From Synechococcus sp. (lineage in GTDB: Bacteria > Cyanobacteriota > Cyanobacteriia > PCC-6307 > Cyanobiaceae): DNA of 64,000 nucleotides. The notes beneath the pieces are model-generated. The model had not been told where the DNA came from. It saw only the letters and a list, made by a program, of their open reading frames with translations, and searched no databases. Made by a program: the position numbers and the translations under genes. The stretch lies in contig JBJBDL010000003.1 in the NCBI GenBank assembly GCA_047285305.1, positions 1,024,001-1,088,000 of the forward strand. Direction: 5' to 3'. Below, piece by piece: positions 32,733-43,776 of the stretch (position 1 is its first letter; each line of letters starts with the position of its first letter).

Positions 32733-34019
32733 TCAGCAGAGCAGCCTGGCAGCCAGCGGAGCGGCTGCGGCCAGCAGGGGGTTGGTGCTGTCGTGACCGC
32801 CGCCGAGCAGGCGGGCCACATCCATTTCAGGGGTGTCGTGCTGTACGGGAACGACTTCTTCATGCAGTTCGAGGTTGGCCATGCCTCCCCCCTCCAAACG
32901 CATGCAGCCCCCGGATTCAGCGCAGAGAATCACGCACACGCCCTGGCCGTACTCCGGTTCAGCAATTAGCCGCAGCCCCACCATCTGCCCGGCGTGCACG
33001 TTGGGCTGGGCTGTTGGCACGGCCATCAGTTGGAAGCGCACCTCGGTGCCATCGGAGCGCTTGAACTGGGCGGTGGTGCCATTTTCGACCGCAGCGGTCG
33101 AGAGCAGCGTCCAGCCCAGTCGATCGGCGATCCAGGCGGCCAGCAGCAGCCCCTGGGCAGGGTGATGGCCCTCAACGTCTATGTCGAGACGGGTGATGTG
33201 GCTGAGGGCATCACGCCGTTGCGGCGGGTCGAACACCATGGCCAGAGTCTCGCGCCAGCTGCGCAGACGCAGCCAGTTGAGATCGTTCACCGCCTGGCCG
33301 CTCTCCACGCGGTGACGCAGCAGCTCAAGGCACTGATACGGATCCCCCAACGCGGTGTCGATGATCAGGCGCCGTGGTGCGCTGGTGAGGCGTTGCATCA
33401 GCTCCGGTGCTTCGTCGATGCAGCCGTTCCACCAGACCCAGGCCGGCATCGATTCCGGTAGCAGGGGGTCGAGAATCGAAAGGCCCTCATGCAGGGCGCC
33501 ATGGCCGCCCCGCAGCACCACCACATCGCCGCAGGCGGCAGTACCACCGCCTTCTTCAGGCAGCGGGCAGTAGGCGGCCACGAGGGTTTCCAGGGGCTGG
33601 GCCGCATCGATGGTTGGCGCCAGGGTGATCAGGCGCCGGGGCATCAGTGCACTCAGGGCTGGATCGATGTACTGCCCACGTAGATCTTCGGCGTTCGCTT
33701 GCCCCTCCAAATCAGCCACCGCCTTCACCACGGCCCCATCCAGGGGCGGCGTGCTCAGGGGAAGGTCAGCATCCAGTACCGCCTGGCGGCCCGCAGCGAT
33801 CAAGGGGGCGGACTGCTGTCCCGTGATGGGGCCCGACAGACGACCACTGCGGATCAATTGCTGCTCGGCCCAGGCGGGTTGCCAGATCAGCAGGCAGAAG
33901 GTGTTGGCCCCGGTGCCCGTGCTGCCCTGCTGCTCGGGGGACCAGAGCTGTTCGAGGTAGTGGGGCACCTCCGCCGGTGCCAGTTCTAGCGGGGTTTGCA
34001 GGGTGAGCTGAGGGGACAT
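32733..34019 (-). CDS. opcA: G6PDH assembly/activator protein OpcA
   Basis: Directly downstream of zwf; YCP, DLNWLRL..WRE..A..FD. Confidence 0.93.
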   Translation of the reverse strand: MSPQLTLQTPLELAPAEVPHYLEQLWSPEQQGSTGTGANTFCLLIWQPAWAEQQLIRSGRLSGPITGQQSAPLIAAGRQAVLDADLPLSTPPLDGAVVKAVADLEGQANAEDLRGQYIDPALSALMPRRLITLAPTIDAAQPLETLVAAYCPLPEEGGGTAACGDVVVLRGGHGALHEGLSILDPLLPESMPAWVWWNGCIDEAPELMQRLTSAPRRLIIDTALGDPYQCLELLRHRVESGQAVNDLNWLRLRSWRETLAMVFDPPQRRDALSHITRLDIDVEGHHPAQGLLLAAWIADRLGWTLLSTAAVENGTTAQFKRSDGTEVRFQLMAVPTAQPNVHAGQMVGLRLIAEPEYGQGVCVILCAESGGCMRLEGGGMANLELHEEVVPVQHDTPEMDVARLLGGGHDSTNPLLAAAAPLAARLLC

Positions 34020-34075
34020 GGTTACGGATGAACGAGACGTGGAGAGCTGATAAACAGGGCTGTGAACGTGCGCGG

Positions 34076-35599
34076 TCAGGGGCGTCGCCAGAGCAGTCCA
34101 TCCTTCGCCAGCAGGGCATCCGCGGCGGCTGGTCCCCAGGTGCGGGATTCGTAGGGATGAACCGGCAGCTGCCAGGGACTGTCTTCAATAAGTTCCAGCA
34201 GCGGGGTGTAGAGCCGCCATGCCGCTTCCACCTCATCGCTGCGGGTGAATAGGGTGGGGTCGCTGAGCATTGCGTCAGCCAGCAGCCGCACATAGCCCTC
34301 ATCGGAGGGTTCCCCGAAGGATTCGTCGTAGGAGAACTCCATGTCGATGGGGCGGCTGCGCATGCCAGATCCGGGTGACTTCACCTCGAAGCGGAATTCG
34401 GCCCCCTCATCCGGTTGGATGCGCAGGATCAGCTGATTGGCCGTGGGGCCTCCAGTGGCCGCATCAAACAGGTGAACCGGTGCTTCACGGAAGGTGAGCA
34501 CCACCTCACTGGTGCGCTTGGCCAGCCGTTTGCCGGTGCGCACATAGAACGGAACCCCCTGCCAGCGCCAGTTGTCGATGAACAGCTTCATCGCCACGTA
34601 GGTCTCGGTGGTGCTGTTGGGATCCACACCGGGTTCATGGCGGTATCCGGCCAGGGGCGATTCCGCTGAACCACCGGGTCCGTACTGGCCGCGGATGCAG
34701 CAGTTCCAGGGTTCGAGTTCATCGGCTAGGCGGGCAGCCTGGAGCACCTTGGCCTTTTCGTTGCGGATGGCCTCCGGGTCAAAGCGCCCGGGTGGTTCCA
34801 TAGCGGTGATCGCCATCATCTGGGTCAGGTGGTTCTGCACCATGTCCCGCAAGGCACCGGCCGATTCGTAGTACCCGGCCCTTTCCTCCACTCCAACCGT
34901 TTCAGCGGCGGTGATCTGAACACTGGAGATGTAATTGCGGTTCCAGATCGGCTCGAAGATCGTGTTGGCAAAGCGCAGAACCATGATGTTCTGGACGGTT
35001 TCCTTGCCGAGGTAATGGTCGATGCGAAAGATCTGGTTCTCCTGACCGCAGGCCTGCACCACGCGATTGAGGGCCTGGGCACTGCCGTAGTCGCGTCCGA
35101 AGGGTTTCTCGATCACCACTCGGCTGCGTTTGGGGTCTTTCAACAGGCCAGCGTCGGCGAGTGAACGGCAGCCACTGCCATAGAACTTGGGGGAGACGGA
35201 GAGATAAAAGGTGCGGTTGCCGCGGGTGGCGCACTGTTGATCGATCTGCTCGAGCCTGTCGTGCAGGCTCAGCATGTGATCGGTGTTTTGTAGGTCTACC
35301 GGCTCGTAGAACAACTTGCCCACGAACTGCTCCCAGGCCTGGGGATCGTCCTCAATCGTGCTGGCCAGTGCCTCCGCCATCTTTCCGCGGAACTCCTCGT
35401 CACTCCACGGCCGTCGCGCACAGCCCAGCAGGGCGAACTCACTGGGGAGCCGCCGTTGCTTGAACAGCTCAAACAGGGCGGGCACCAGTTTGCGGTGGGT
35501 CAGATCACCGCTGGCGCCGAAGATCACCAGACACTGCGGCGCGATCACGCGCTCTTGACGCAGTCCAACCCTGAGGGGGTTCGTCATCGTGGCAACCAT
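34076..35599 (-). CDS. zwf: Glucose-6-phosphate 1-dehydrogenase
   Basis: GASGDL..RKL, EKPFG, RIDHYLGKE, DMVQNH; ATG 35599. Confidence 0.98.
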   Translation of the reverse strand: MVATMTNPLRVGLRQERVIAPQCLVIFGASGDLTHRKLVPALFELFKQRRLPSEFALLGCARRPWSDEEFRGKMAEALASTIEDDPQAWEQFVGKLFYEPVDLQNTDHMLSLHDRLEQIDQQCATRGNRTFYLSVSPKFYGSGCRSLADAGLLKDPKRSRVVIEKPFGRDYGSAQALNRVVQACGQENQIFRIDHYLGKETVQNIMVLRFANTIFEPIWNRNYISSVQITAAETVGVEERAGYYESAGALRDMVQNHLTQMMAITAMEPPGRFDPEAIRNEKAKVLQAARLADELEPWNCCIRGQYGPGGSAESPLAGYRHEPGVDPNSTTETYVAMKLFIDNWRWQGVPFYVRTGKRLAKRTSEVVLTFREAPVHLFDAATGGPTANQLILRIQPDEGAEFRFEVKSPGSGMRSRPIDMEFSYDESFGEPSDEGYVRLLADAMLSDPTLFTRSDEVEAAWRLYTPLLELIEDSPWQLPVHPYESRTWGPAAADALLAKDGLLWRRP

Positions 35600-35699
35600 G
35601 GAGTGTCCAGGCTTCTGACGCTGGTTTAGGCACGGAACCGGCAACAGACATGGACTTGCCGCTTTGTTTCCGCGTTGGTGTCAGCGTTTGTTGCCAACC

Positions 35700-35730
35700 C
35701 AAAAAAAAGTCCACCCCTCGGGGTGGACTG
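35700..35730 (-). terminator. Rho-independent terminator of petH
   Basis: Inverted repeat AGTCCACCCC/GGGGTGGACT (35708-35729) followed by a T run on the minus strand. Confidence 0.85.
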
Positions 35731-35767
35731 AAAACGATCGATGGCTGATTGATCAGCGCTTGATCGA

Positions 35768-36985
<1,218 letters not shown>

Positions 36986-37119
36986 CTATAGGCGTGGCCT
37001 TCGATTTCACACAAAACGGTTGCTCTTCGGAACAGAATTGGATGTGGTCTGGACGACCTCCTTAAGATCTTCAGGTTCGGCCTCTCATCTCGGCGTCTCT
37101 TTTGGTTTTCCCCCAGACA

Positions 37120-37641
37120 ATGTTTGGACGAGGGCTTCAAACCTCTGCGGATTCAAGTTCTGCGATCGAGCAGACCATGGAGAGGCTGCCCCAGGGGACG
37201 CGCCGTCTCGCCGCTGAACTCAAATCACCACTGCCAGTTCAGCTGCTCTGGGATGTGCTGACGGATTACGAGAACCTTTCTCGTTTCATTCCCAACCTCA
37301 GCACCAGCGAGTTGATTCAGCGCCAGGGTCAGACGGTGCGTCTTCAACAAGTGGGCAGCCAGCAGCTGCTCGGGCTTCGCTTCTCGGCCCAGGTGCAGCT
37401 TGAGCTGACGGAATACCGCCAGGACGGGCTGCTGCAGTTCCGCATGGTGAAAGGTGATTTCCGACGCTTTGAAGGGTCATGGCAGATCCGTCAACGTCCC
37501 GAGGGCAGCTCACTGCTTTATGAGCTGACGGTTCAAGGCTGCCTTGGAATGCCGATCGGTCTGATCGAGGAGCGGCTGCGGGACGATCTCTCTAGCAACC
37601 TCAACGCCGTTGTGCAGGAAGCACACCGCAGAAACAGCTGA
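37120..37641 (+). CDS. SRPBCC (cyclase/dehydrase-like) family protein
   Basis: LWDVLTDYENL..FIPNL, F.MVKGDFRRFEGSW. Confidence 0.88.
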   Translation: MFGRGLQTSADSSSAIEQTMERLPQGTRRLAAELKSPLPVQLLWDVLTDYENLSRFIPNLSTSELIQRQGQTVRLQQVGSQQLLGLRFSAQVQLELTEYRQDGLLQFRMVKGDFRRFEGSWQIRQRPEGSSLLYELTVQGCLGMPIGLIEERLRDDLSSNLNAVVQEAHRRNS

Positions 37642-37768
37642 ACGAGCAGCAATGGCGCAGCAATTTCAAAACTTTTTCAATCGTTGTGTGAAATGGGGCT
37701 TGAAAGCCTCACAAAACGGTTGAACTGGTACTTAATTCATCACCAAAACGAGTCTGGAGATGACGTCA

Positions 37769-37841
37769 TACCCCCAAGGGGATTCGAACCCCTGTCGCCT
37801 CCGTGAAAGGGAGGTGTCCTAGGCCTCTAGACGATGGGGGC
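37769..37841 (-). tRNA. trnE: tRNA-Glu (TTC), CCA not encoded
   Basis: GCCCCCATCGTCTAGAGGCCTAGGACACCTCCCTTTCACGGAGGCGACAGGGGTTCGAATCCCCTTGGGGGTA folds as a cloverleaf with anticodon TTC. Confidence 0.98.
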
Positions 37842-37888
37842 GAGGCCGTAATCAGCGAGCGATCTGTGCTCCTGATCACTTGTGAACA

Positions 37889-39040
37889 CTAGGGCTTGGT
37901 CGGACCCTCCGTCAAGACAGCTTGACCCCATTCGACACCTTGTCCTTGCCAGATCGGCACCGTGAAGGTGAAGCAGGCACCTTCGCCAGGGTCCGAAACC
38001 ACCCAGATCTTGCCGCCGTGCACTTCGACGATGCGTCGACAAACCGACAGCCCCACGCCGTAACCGGTGGTTTGGTCGGAGGTTTGCGGCAGCCGCACCC
38101 GATCCAGAAAAATTCGCTGCTGTTCTGTTTCCGGAATGCCCGGGCCGCTGTCACAAACGCTCACCTCCACCCGTTGGCTGGTGCGGTGCAGCATCGAGAG
38201 CGAGATGTGCCCGCCGTCGTTGGTGTATTTCAGGGCGTTTTCGAGCAGATTCAGCAGCACCTGGCGCATGCGGCGCTGATCAGCGAAAACCTTGGGCAAG
38301 TCGGCGGGAATGTCGGTTTTGATTTCGACGTTGCGACCCAGCCATAATTTTTCTAGCTCGAGGATCACTTCGGCTGAAACGCTGGCCAGGTCAAGCCGTT
38401 GTGGGTTGAACAGGGTTTCCCACCGGGTGGTGCCCACCTCCAGCAAATCCTTTGACAGCGCCTCCATCTCCTGCAGGCGGCGTGTGATCACATCCTGAAA
38501 GCGATCCATATCGATCTGGCCCAGCTTCTGGCTTTGCAGGGCCAAAGCCGCTGCCGTGAGTGGGGTGCGGAGTTCGTGGGCCACCATGCGCAGCAGGCGT
38601 TCTTGGGCGCTGACGCGATCGATCAGCGTCTCGTTCTCCTGGCGCAGCACCAGCAGCTGATCCTCCAGCTGGAGTTCCTTCTGGGTGCGACTGCCATCGA
38701 GTTCGGTTGGCCTGAGGCTGAGGCCAAGGCCGCTCACCACCCCATCCTGTTTCCAGCGGGGCACCCATCCTTTGAGTTGCTGAAGGATGTTGCTTCCCGC
38801 GAACACCTGCTTGGGGTTCGGCGCCAATTTGATCAGCGCTGGAGTTACCACGAGGCGGTGCAGCTCAAGCAGTTCGGGTTGCTGGGAGGGATCGGCAACC
38901 TGCAGGGTGACGTCGAAGCCCAGGTCCTCCCGTTCCAGGAACTGCACCAGGGATCTGAGGTCCTGACCAGACAGGTGATGTCGAGCTGCCACCAGCAACA
39001 GCTTCAGGGTTTGCCGTGTCTTTGGAGCGTCCTTGACCAC
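37889..39040 (-). CDS. sasA: Clock-output histidine kinase SasA
   Basis: KaiB-like N-terminus ([18 protein letters not shown]), H-box [10 protein letters not shown]1/G2 boxes; likely GTG 39040. Confidence 0.92.
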   Translation of the reverse strand: MVKDAPKTRQTLKLLLVAARHHLSGQDLRSLVQFLEREDLGFDVTLQVADPSQQPELLELHRLVVTPALIKLAPNPKQVFAGSNILQQLKGWVPRWKQDGVVSGLGLSLRPTELDGSRTQKELQLEDQLLVLRQENETLIDRVSAQERLLRMVAHELRTPLTAAALALQSQKLGQIDMDRFQDVITRRLQEMEALSKDLLEVGTTRWETLFNPQRLDLASVSAEVILELEKLWLGRNVEIKTDIPADLPKVFADQRRMRQVLLNLLENALKYTNDGGHISLSMLHRTSQRVEVSVCDSGPGIPETEQQRIFLDRVRLPQTSDQTTGYGVGLSVCRRIVEVHGGKIWVVSDPGEGACFTFTVPIWQGQGVEWGQAVLTEGPTKP

Positions 39041-39148
39041 GCGGACTGCAAGACAGCAAAAACCGATGTTCACCTTATGGGTTTTTGACTGCACCGCCAG
39101 CAGCGCTAAGACGAAGAGGAACACTCCGTTGCGTCATTGACGCGGTCC

Positions 39149-39736
39149 ATGTCGCTTTTTTCTGCGCAAAACCGTGTTCCTCTGACCGTTCCCGGCGGAG
39201 TGGCTGCCCAGCCTTCGATTCAGGTGGATAGCAATCTGCGTCGCTGGTTCAGCCGCAATCTGGGGTTGTGGCGTTCTCGGCGGCAATACACCTTCAGTGA
39301 CGACCAGGTTCTCCACTTGGACATGAACCTGAAAATGGAGGCGTTCGCACACCCCGAGGTGGGTGAGAGCCGCTACCGCTTCAGCTGGTGGTCTGATCAG
39401 GAAGACCAGCATTCCGACGAATTCTTTGCCCGCAAGCCTTGGTTTGAACGCAGTGGAGTGATGGAAGCCACGTTGTGGGGCCATCAACTCCAGAGAAGTC
39501 GTGGTTATTTGACGGGAGACCCGGTGCGCACCCGGCTGCGTCAGGTGGATGAGCACGAAACCATCCTCGAATCCCACTACCAGCAGTGGGACATCCTTGA
39601 GCACATTCGCCTTGTCGATCAGGACCGCTACCGCTACCGCGCCATCTACAGCTGGGAGAACGGTGATCTCTCGATCGTTGAGCATCACCATGAGATTCGA
39701 ATGTCCGACCCCCTGCCGCTGATCGAGGACGACTGA
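39149..39736 (+). CDS. Hypothetical protein, CpcS/CpeS lyase-like barrel
   Basis: WF..NLGLWRSRR, LQRSRGY and EHIRLV...RYR resemble S/U-type lyase motifs; function unproven. Confidence 0.55.
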   Translation: MSLFSAQNRVPLTVPGGVAAQPSIQVDSNLRRWFSRNLGLWRSRRQYTFSDDQVLHLDMNLKMEAFAHPEVGESRYRFSWWSDQEDQHSDEFFARKPWFERSGVMEATLWGHQLQRSRGYLTGDPVRTRLRQVDEHETILESHYQQWDILEHIRLVDQDRYRYRAIYSWENGDLSIVEHHHEIRMSDPLPLIEDD

Positions 39737-39842
39737 ACGGCGCCGTTGTGCTGATGGCCCAGTTCAACAACCGCGCCTGAGCTCCAGCCAGCTTTGGCAT
39801 GGGAGGTAAGTTGCGAAAAATTTGACGCTGCCGGGCCCCAAG

Positions 39843-40253
39843 GTGATTCGTCGTTCGTTTGCTGCCGCAGCTCTCTTGCTGGCTGCCCCCTTGTCGTTAC
39901 CGGCAACGGCTCTGGCTCAGGCCTCCAAGGACAAGCCCACTCCTGCCACAGCCATGGAGGTGAACACCTATGGAGTGATGTCGATTGCCACCTTCTGTGA
40001 GGCGAGGGCACAGAAGATCGATTTCAACAAGTCTTTGGCGGTGGCTCTCGCTGGTCAGTTGCATGTGATTTATGGCAAGCACGGTGGTTTGCTTCCCGGC
40101 ACTAAAGACCCCTTGCCCGAGAAGCAATTTCTCAACAATGCAGGATTCATGATCGTTGGCGGTGCGCTGAAGTTCTGCCCTAAATCAGTCCCCGCTGCAG
40201 AAAAAGCACGCTTTGAAAAAGCTGCTTCTTCGTTGAAGTCTTCGAAAAAATAA
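39843..40253 (+). CDS. Exported hypothetical protein with two Cys
   Basis: Signal peptide (ALA|Q), FCEAR...KFCP; followed by a terminator. Confidence 0.75.
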   Translation: MIRRSFAAAALLLAAPLSLPATALAQASKDKPTPATAMEVNTYGVMSIATFCEARAQKIDFNKSLAVALAGQLHVIYGKHGGLLPGTKDPLPEKQFLNNAGFMIVGGALKFCPKSVPAAEKARFEKAASSLKSSKK

Positions 40254-40277
40254 GATTTTCTCAGACTCTAAATATCG

Positions 40278-40312
40278 AAAACGTCTGGCCCGCTGAGGTC
40301 AGGCGTTTTTTT
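40278..40312 (+). terminator. Rho-independent terminator
   Basis: AAAACGTCTGGCC-CGCTGA-GGTCAGGCGTTTT plus T run. Confidence 0.8.
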
Positions 40313-40427
40313 GTGCCTGTTCCTCTGCTCTGATGCCGTTACTCGCCTCATGGCCGGCACCTTGGCTGAAATGTCCCGGTTTTGAGCTTCGTCCGTCAGG
40401 ATCATCCGGTCCTCGCGTGGTTCGGCC

Positions 40428-43031
40428 ATGACTGCAGCTGCTTCGATTCGTCTGGCGGACTACACGCCGTGGGCTTTTGAACTCCCTTCCATCCTCCTGG
40501 ACGTGAACATCCAGGATGACCATGTCGTCATTGCCTCCAGGCTCAGCCTTGAACCGCGTCGCTCTGGAGAGCCGTTGGTGTTGTGCGGCGTCGATCTGGA
40601 GATCGAATACCTGGCGATCGATCAGGTGCCATTGCAGCCCGAGGAGTACAGCTTTGCCGACGGACGTCTCACCATCCCCAACGTGCCGGGCCAGCCGTTC
40701 GTACTGGAAACCCATTGCCGTCTGGACCCCTACTCCAACAGTTCGCTCGAAGGCTTTTATGCCAGCGGTGGTCTGCTGAGCACCCAGTGTGAGGCCGAGG
40801 GGTTCCGGCGCATCAGCCTGCACCCTGATCGTCCGGATGTGCTGAGCCGTTGGCAGGTGCGGATTGAGGCCAGCCGCAGCAGCTGCCCTGTGCTGTTGAG
40901 CAACGGCAATGCGGTTCAGGAGGAATCCGTCGGCCATGATCGTCATGCGGTCACGTGGGATGACCCCTTCCCCAAGCCCTCCTATCTGTTCGCCCTGGTG
41001 GCAGGAGACCTCAAGGAGATTCGTGATCACTACACAACGGCGTCGGGCCGGCAGGTCACCCTGCGCTTGCATGTGGAGGAGGGGGATGAATCTTTCACGG
41101 CCCATGCCATGGCTTCGTTGAAACGATCCATGCAATGGGATGAGTCGGTTTACAGCCTTGAATATGATCTTGATGAATACAACATTGTCGCCGTCCGTCA
41201 CTTCAACATGGGTGCGATGGAAAATAAGAGTCTGAATATTTTCAACTCAAAGCTTATTTTGGCTGATGCGGAAACAGCAACTGATGCAGAACTTGAGCGC
41301 ATCGAAAGTGTTATTGCCCATGAATACTTTCACAACTGGACCGGAAATCGCATCACCTGCCGGGATTGGTTCCAGCTGTCGCTCAAGGAAGGCCTGACGG
41401 TGTTCCGCGATCAGTGCTTCACCGCAGATCTGCATTCGGAAGCGGTGAAGCGTATTGAGGATGTGGCAATGTTGCGCAACACCCAATTCCGTGAGGATGC
41501 TGGTCCAACGGCCCACCCGGTGAAGCCAGCGGAATACCAGGCGATCGATAACTTCTACACAACAACCATTTATGAAAAAGGTGCGGAGTTGATCCGCATG
41601 CTGCGCACCCTGCTGGGACCCGAGCGGTTCATGAAGGGAATGGAGGTTTACGTACAACGTTTCGATGGCACGGCCGCCACGACGGAAGACTTCGTTCAAG
41701 CGATCGCGGATGGTGCCACCAGCCAGGGTGAGCCGCTTGGCTTTGATCTGGAACGCTTCAAGCGCTGGTACCACCAGGCAGGAACTCCGGAACTCAGCAT
41801 TGATCGGCAGTGGAATCCTGAATCGGGTCAGCTGACGGTGGACTTGCGCCAGGCGACGCCTCCGACGACGGGGCAGGCGGACAAACACCCCCTAGTGCTG
41901 CCGGTTGCCATGGCCCTGGTGGGTGATCAAGGCCTTGTTGGTGACGAGCAGCTGCTGGTGATGGAGGCCGAGCGCGCCAGTATCACCCTGCAGGGCCAGC
42001 CCGGCCATACCCCTCCTGCCCTTTCCGTGCTTCGCCGGTTTTCGGCGCCGGTGCACGTGCGCTTGGAGCAGCCGCTGGAGGAGTGCCTGCAGCTGTTGGC
42101 TTCCGATGATGATCCATTCTGCCGCTGGGATGCGGCCCAGCGCCTGGCACGCCAGGTGCTGTTGGCGCGGGCAGAAAACCAGCCGAAGCCTGCCGTTGAG
42201 GCCGCGCTGATTCAGGCCCTTGATCAGCGGATCTGCGCCTACGACGGTGGTGATGGTATGGATCTGGCGGCGCTGCTGGCGCTGCCCGGTATGGCGGAAC
42301 TGGAGGCATTGCAATCCCCGGTGGATCCGCTGGCGCTGGATCAAGCCTTCCGCGTGTGGACCCAGGAGATGGGCGTTCAATTGCAGTCGTCCCTGCGTCG
42401 CCTTCTGGAGCTGGCCCGGGCTGACTGGACCCTGGCTTGGCCGGTGGGTCAGGGCGGCCGGGCCCTTACCGCCTTGGCCTGGCGCTGGCTTGCCGCTGCT
42501 GGTGATGCCACGGTTAAAGCGGAGGCGTTGGTTGCTGTTTCCGGCCCCTCGATGACCCTGGCGCGGGGAGCCCTGAGGGCCTTGCTGCCGCAGGAAAGCA
42601 CTGAGCGTGAGCAGGCAATGGCGCTGTTCTACGACCGTTGGCAAGACAAGCCCGTGATTCTGGACGCCTGGTTTGCGATGGAGGCATCAGCCCCCAGGTC
42701 CAACGCGTTGGAGCGGGTTCAACAGCTGTTGGAGCATCCGCGCTTCGATCCCCTGGCGCCCAACTCCCTTCGCGCTGTTCTCGGTGGATTTACCGCCAAT
42801 GTTCAGGCGTTTCACGCAATCGATGGCAGTGGTTATCGGTTCATGGCGGAGCAGATTGCAGCGGTCGACTCCCGCAACCCGATCACCGCATCACGGATGG
42901 CCAAGGTGTTCAGTCGCTGCGGCAGTTACGGCCCCGAGCGCCAAATGGTCATGCGTCAGGCCATCGACCAGCTGGCAGCCAAGCCTCTGTCGGCGAACAC
43001 CGCCGAGGTGGTGCAGTTGCTTACGACGTGA
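40428..43031 (+). CDS. pepN: Aminopeptidase N (M1)
   Basis: TQCEAEGFRRI, GAMEN, HEYFH..KEG zinc motif, YEKGAE. Confidence 0.98.
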   Translation: MTAAASIRLADYTPWAFELPSILLDVNIQDDHVVIASRLSLEPRRSGEPLVLCGVDLEIEYLAIDQVPLQPEEYSFADGRLTIPNVPGQPFVLETHCRLDPYSNSSLEGFYASGGLLSTQCEAEGFRRISLHPDRPDVLSRWQVRIEASRSSCPVLLSNGNAVQEESVGHDRHAVTWDDPFPKPSYLFALVAGDLKEIRDHYTTASGRQVTLRLHVEEGDESFTAHAMASLKRSMQWDESVYSLEYDLDEYNIVAVRHFNMGAMENKSLNIFNSKLILADAETATDAELERIESVIAHEYFHNWTGNRITCRDWFQLSLKEGLTVFRDQCFTADLHSEAVKRIEDVAMLRNTQFREDAGPTAHPVKPAEYQAIDNFYTTTIYEKGAELIRMLRTLLGPERFMKGMEVYVQRFDGTAATTEDFVQAIADGATSQGEPLGFDLERFKRWYHQAGTPELSIDRQWNPESGQLTVDLRQATPPTTGQADKHPLVLPVAMALVGDQGLVGDEQLLVMEAERASITLQGQPGHTPPALSVLRRFSAPVHVRLEQPLEECLQLLASDDDPFCRWDAAQRLARQVLLARAENQPKPAVEAALIQALDQRICAYDGGDGMDLAALLALPGMAELEALQSPVDPLALDQAFRVWTQEMGVQLQSSLRRLLELARADWTLAWPVGQGGRALTALAWRWLAAAGDATVKAEALVAVSGPSMTLARGALRALLPQESTEREQAMALFYDRWQDKPVILDAWFAMEASAPRSNALERVQQLLEHPRFDPLAPNSLRAVLGGFTANVQAFHAIDGSGYRFMAEQIAAVDSRNPITASRMAKVFSRCGSYGPERQMVMRQAIDQLAAKPLSANTAEVVQLLTT

Positions 43032-43230
43032 CCACCACCAGCACGATCACTGCGATCAGCAGGATCACTAGCCAGCGTTTTGTGTTGCTGCGCCTGCTGC
43101 TGCGCGGTGTGAACCGCGCAGCTCGGCTTCCGGCCGCAAGGCCGCAGTTCTGGCAGACCAGCCGCCCGGCCATGGATCGGTCGGCACGAAACCGACGACT
43201 TCCGCAGTTCTGGCAGACGGTGACGGCCAA
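43021..43230 (-). CDS. Small zinc-ribbon protein with C-terminal membrane anchor
   Basis: VCQNCG twice (CxxC...CxxC), basic linker, hydrophobic tail. Confidence 0.75.
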   Translation of the reverse strand: MAVTVCQNCGSRRFRADRSMAGRLVCQNCGLAAGSRAARFTPRSSRRSNTKRWLVILLIAVIVLVVVTS

Positions 43231-43278
43231 GTTCTCTCGATCAGCGTTTCACCAGCTTGCCTGGCGTGAGCCAGGCAG

Positions 43279-43548
43279 TCAGTCCCGTTACCAGCCATCG
43301 CAGCCAGCTTTGACGCGTTGACGCTTGGTGCGCCGGCAGCTCTCGTTCTATTGAGCCAGAGCTTCACTCGCCGCAGCGACGGCCGTGCTGTCAGTGCCTT
43401 CCGCAATGATCAAACAGTTGATTGCCATGGCGTTGCCCATGCGATTCAGCACCTGATCGATTAAGCGACACTGATCAAATTCGGCGTGCCCCGCACTCGG
43501 GATCCCCAGCAGGATCAGGCTCTAACACGCAGCACGCCAGCCCTTCAT
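43279..43548 (-). pseudogene. Decayed gene for an exported helical protein (three in-frame stops)
   Basis: MKGWRAAC*SLILLGIPSAGHAEFDQCRLIDQVLNRMGNAMAINCLIIAEGTDSTAVAAASEALAQ*NESCRRTKRQRVKAGCDGW*RD* in one frame. Confidence 0.7.
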
Positions 43549-43551
43549 CGA

Positions 43552-43776
43552 TCAGCTCAGAGGCCGTAGGTAATGGTGCACTGAATACCGGCTGCAGGCT
43601 CCCGCATCAATGCTCTTGCAGGTGGTGTTGGCGATAGTTGCCCCTTTCGGGATCGCCTGCATCGCCTCGGCGGTGGCGAACTGCTCGGACGGCTCTTGGG
43701 CTGTGGCCCGCTTGCCACCCACAAGAGCCATGGATCCCAGAAGGCGGCTGGCCATCAACAGCGCCGCGTTTCGCAT
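43552..43776 (-). pseudogene. Small secreted Cys-containing protein gene with probable +1 frameshift near the 3' end
   Basis: MRNAALL...ATAQE...AIPKGATIANTTCKSIDAG; deleting one T at 43584-43585 gives RYQCTITYGL*. Confidence 0.55.

Noticed and set aside
43279..43548. Stop-codon reassignment or read-through as the cause of in-frame stops
   Set aside because: Both TAG and TAA are involved, and both terminate core genes in this window (for example hom TAG, trxA-neighbouring guaB TAA).
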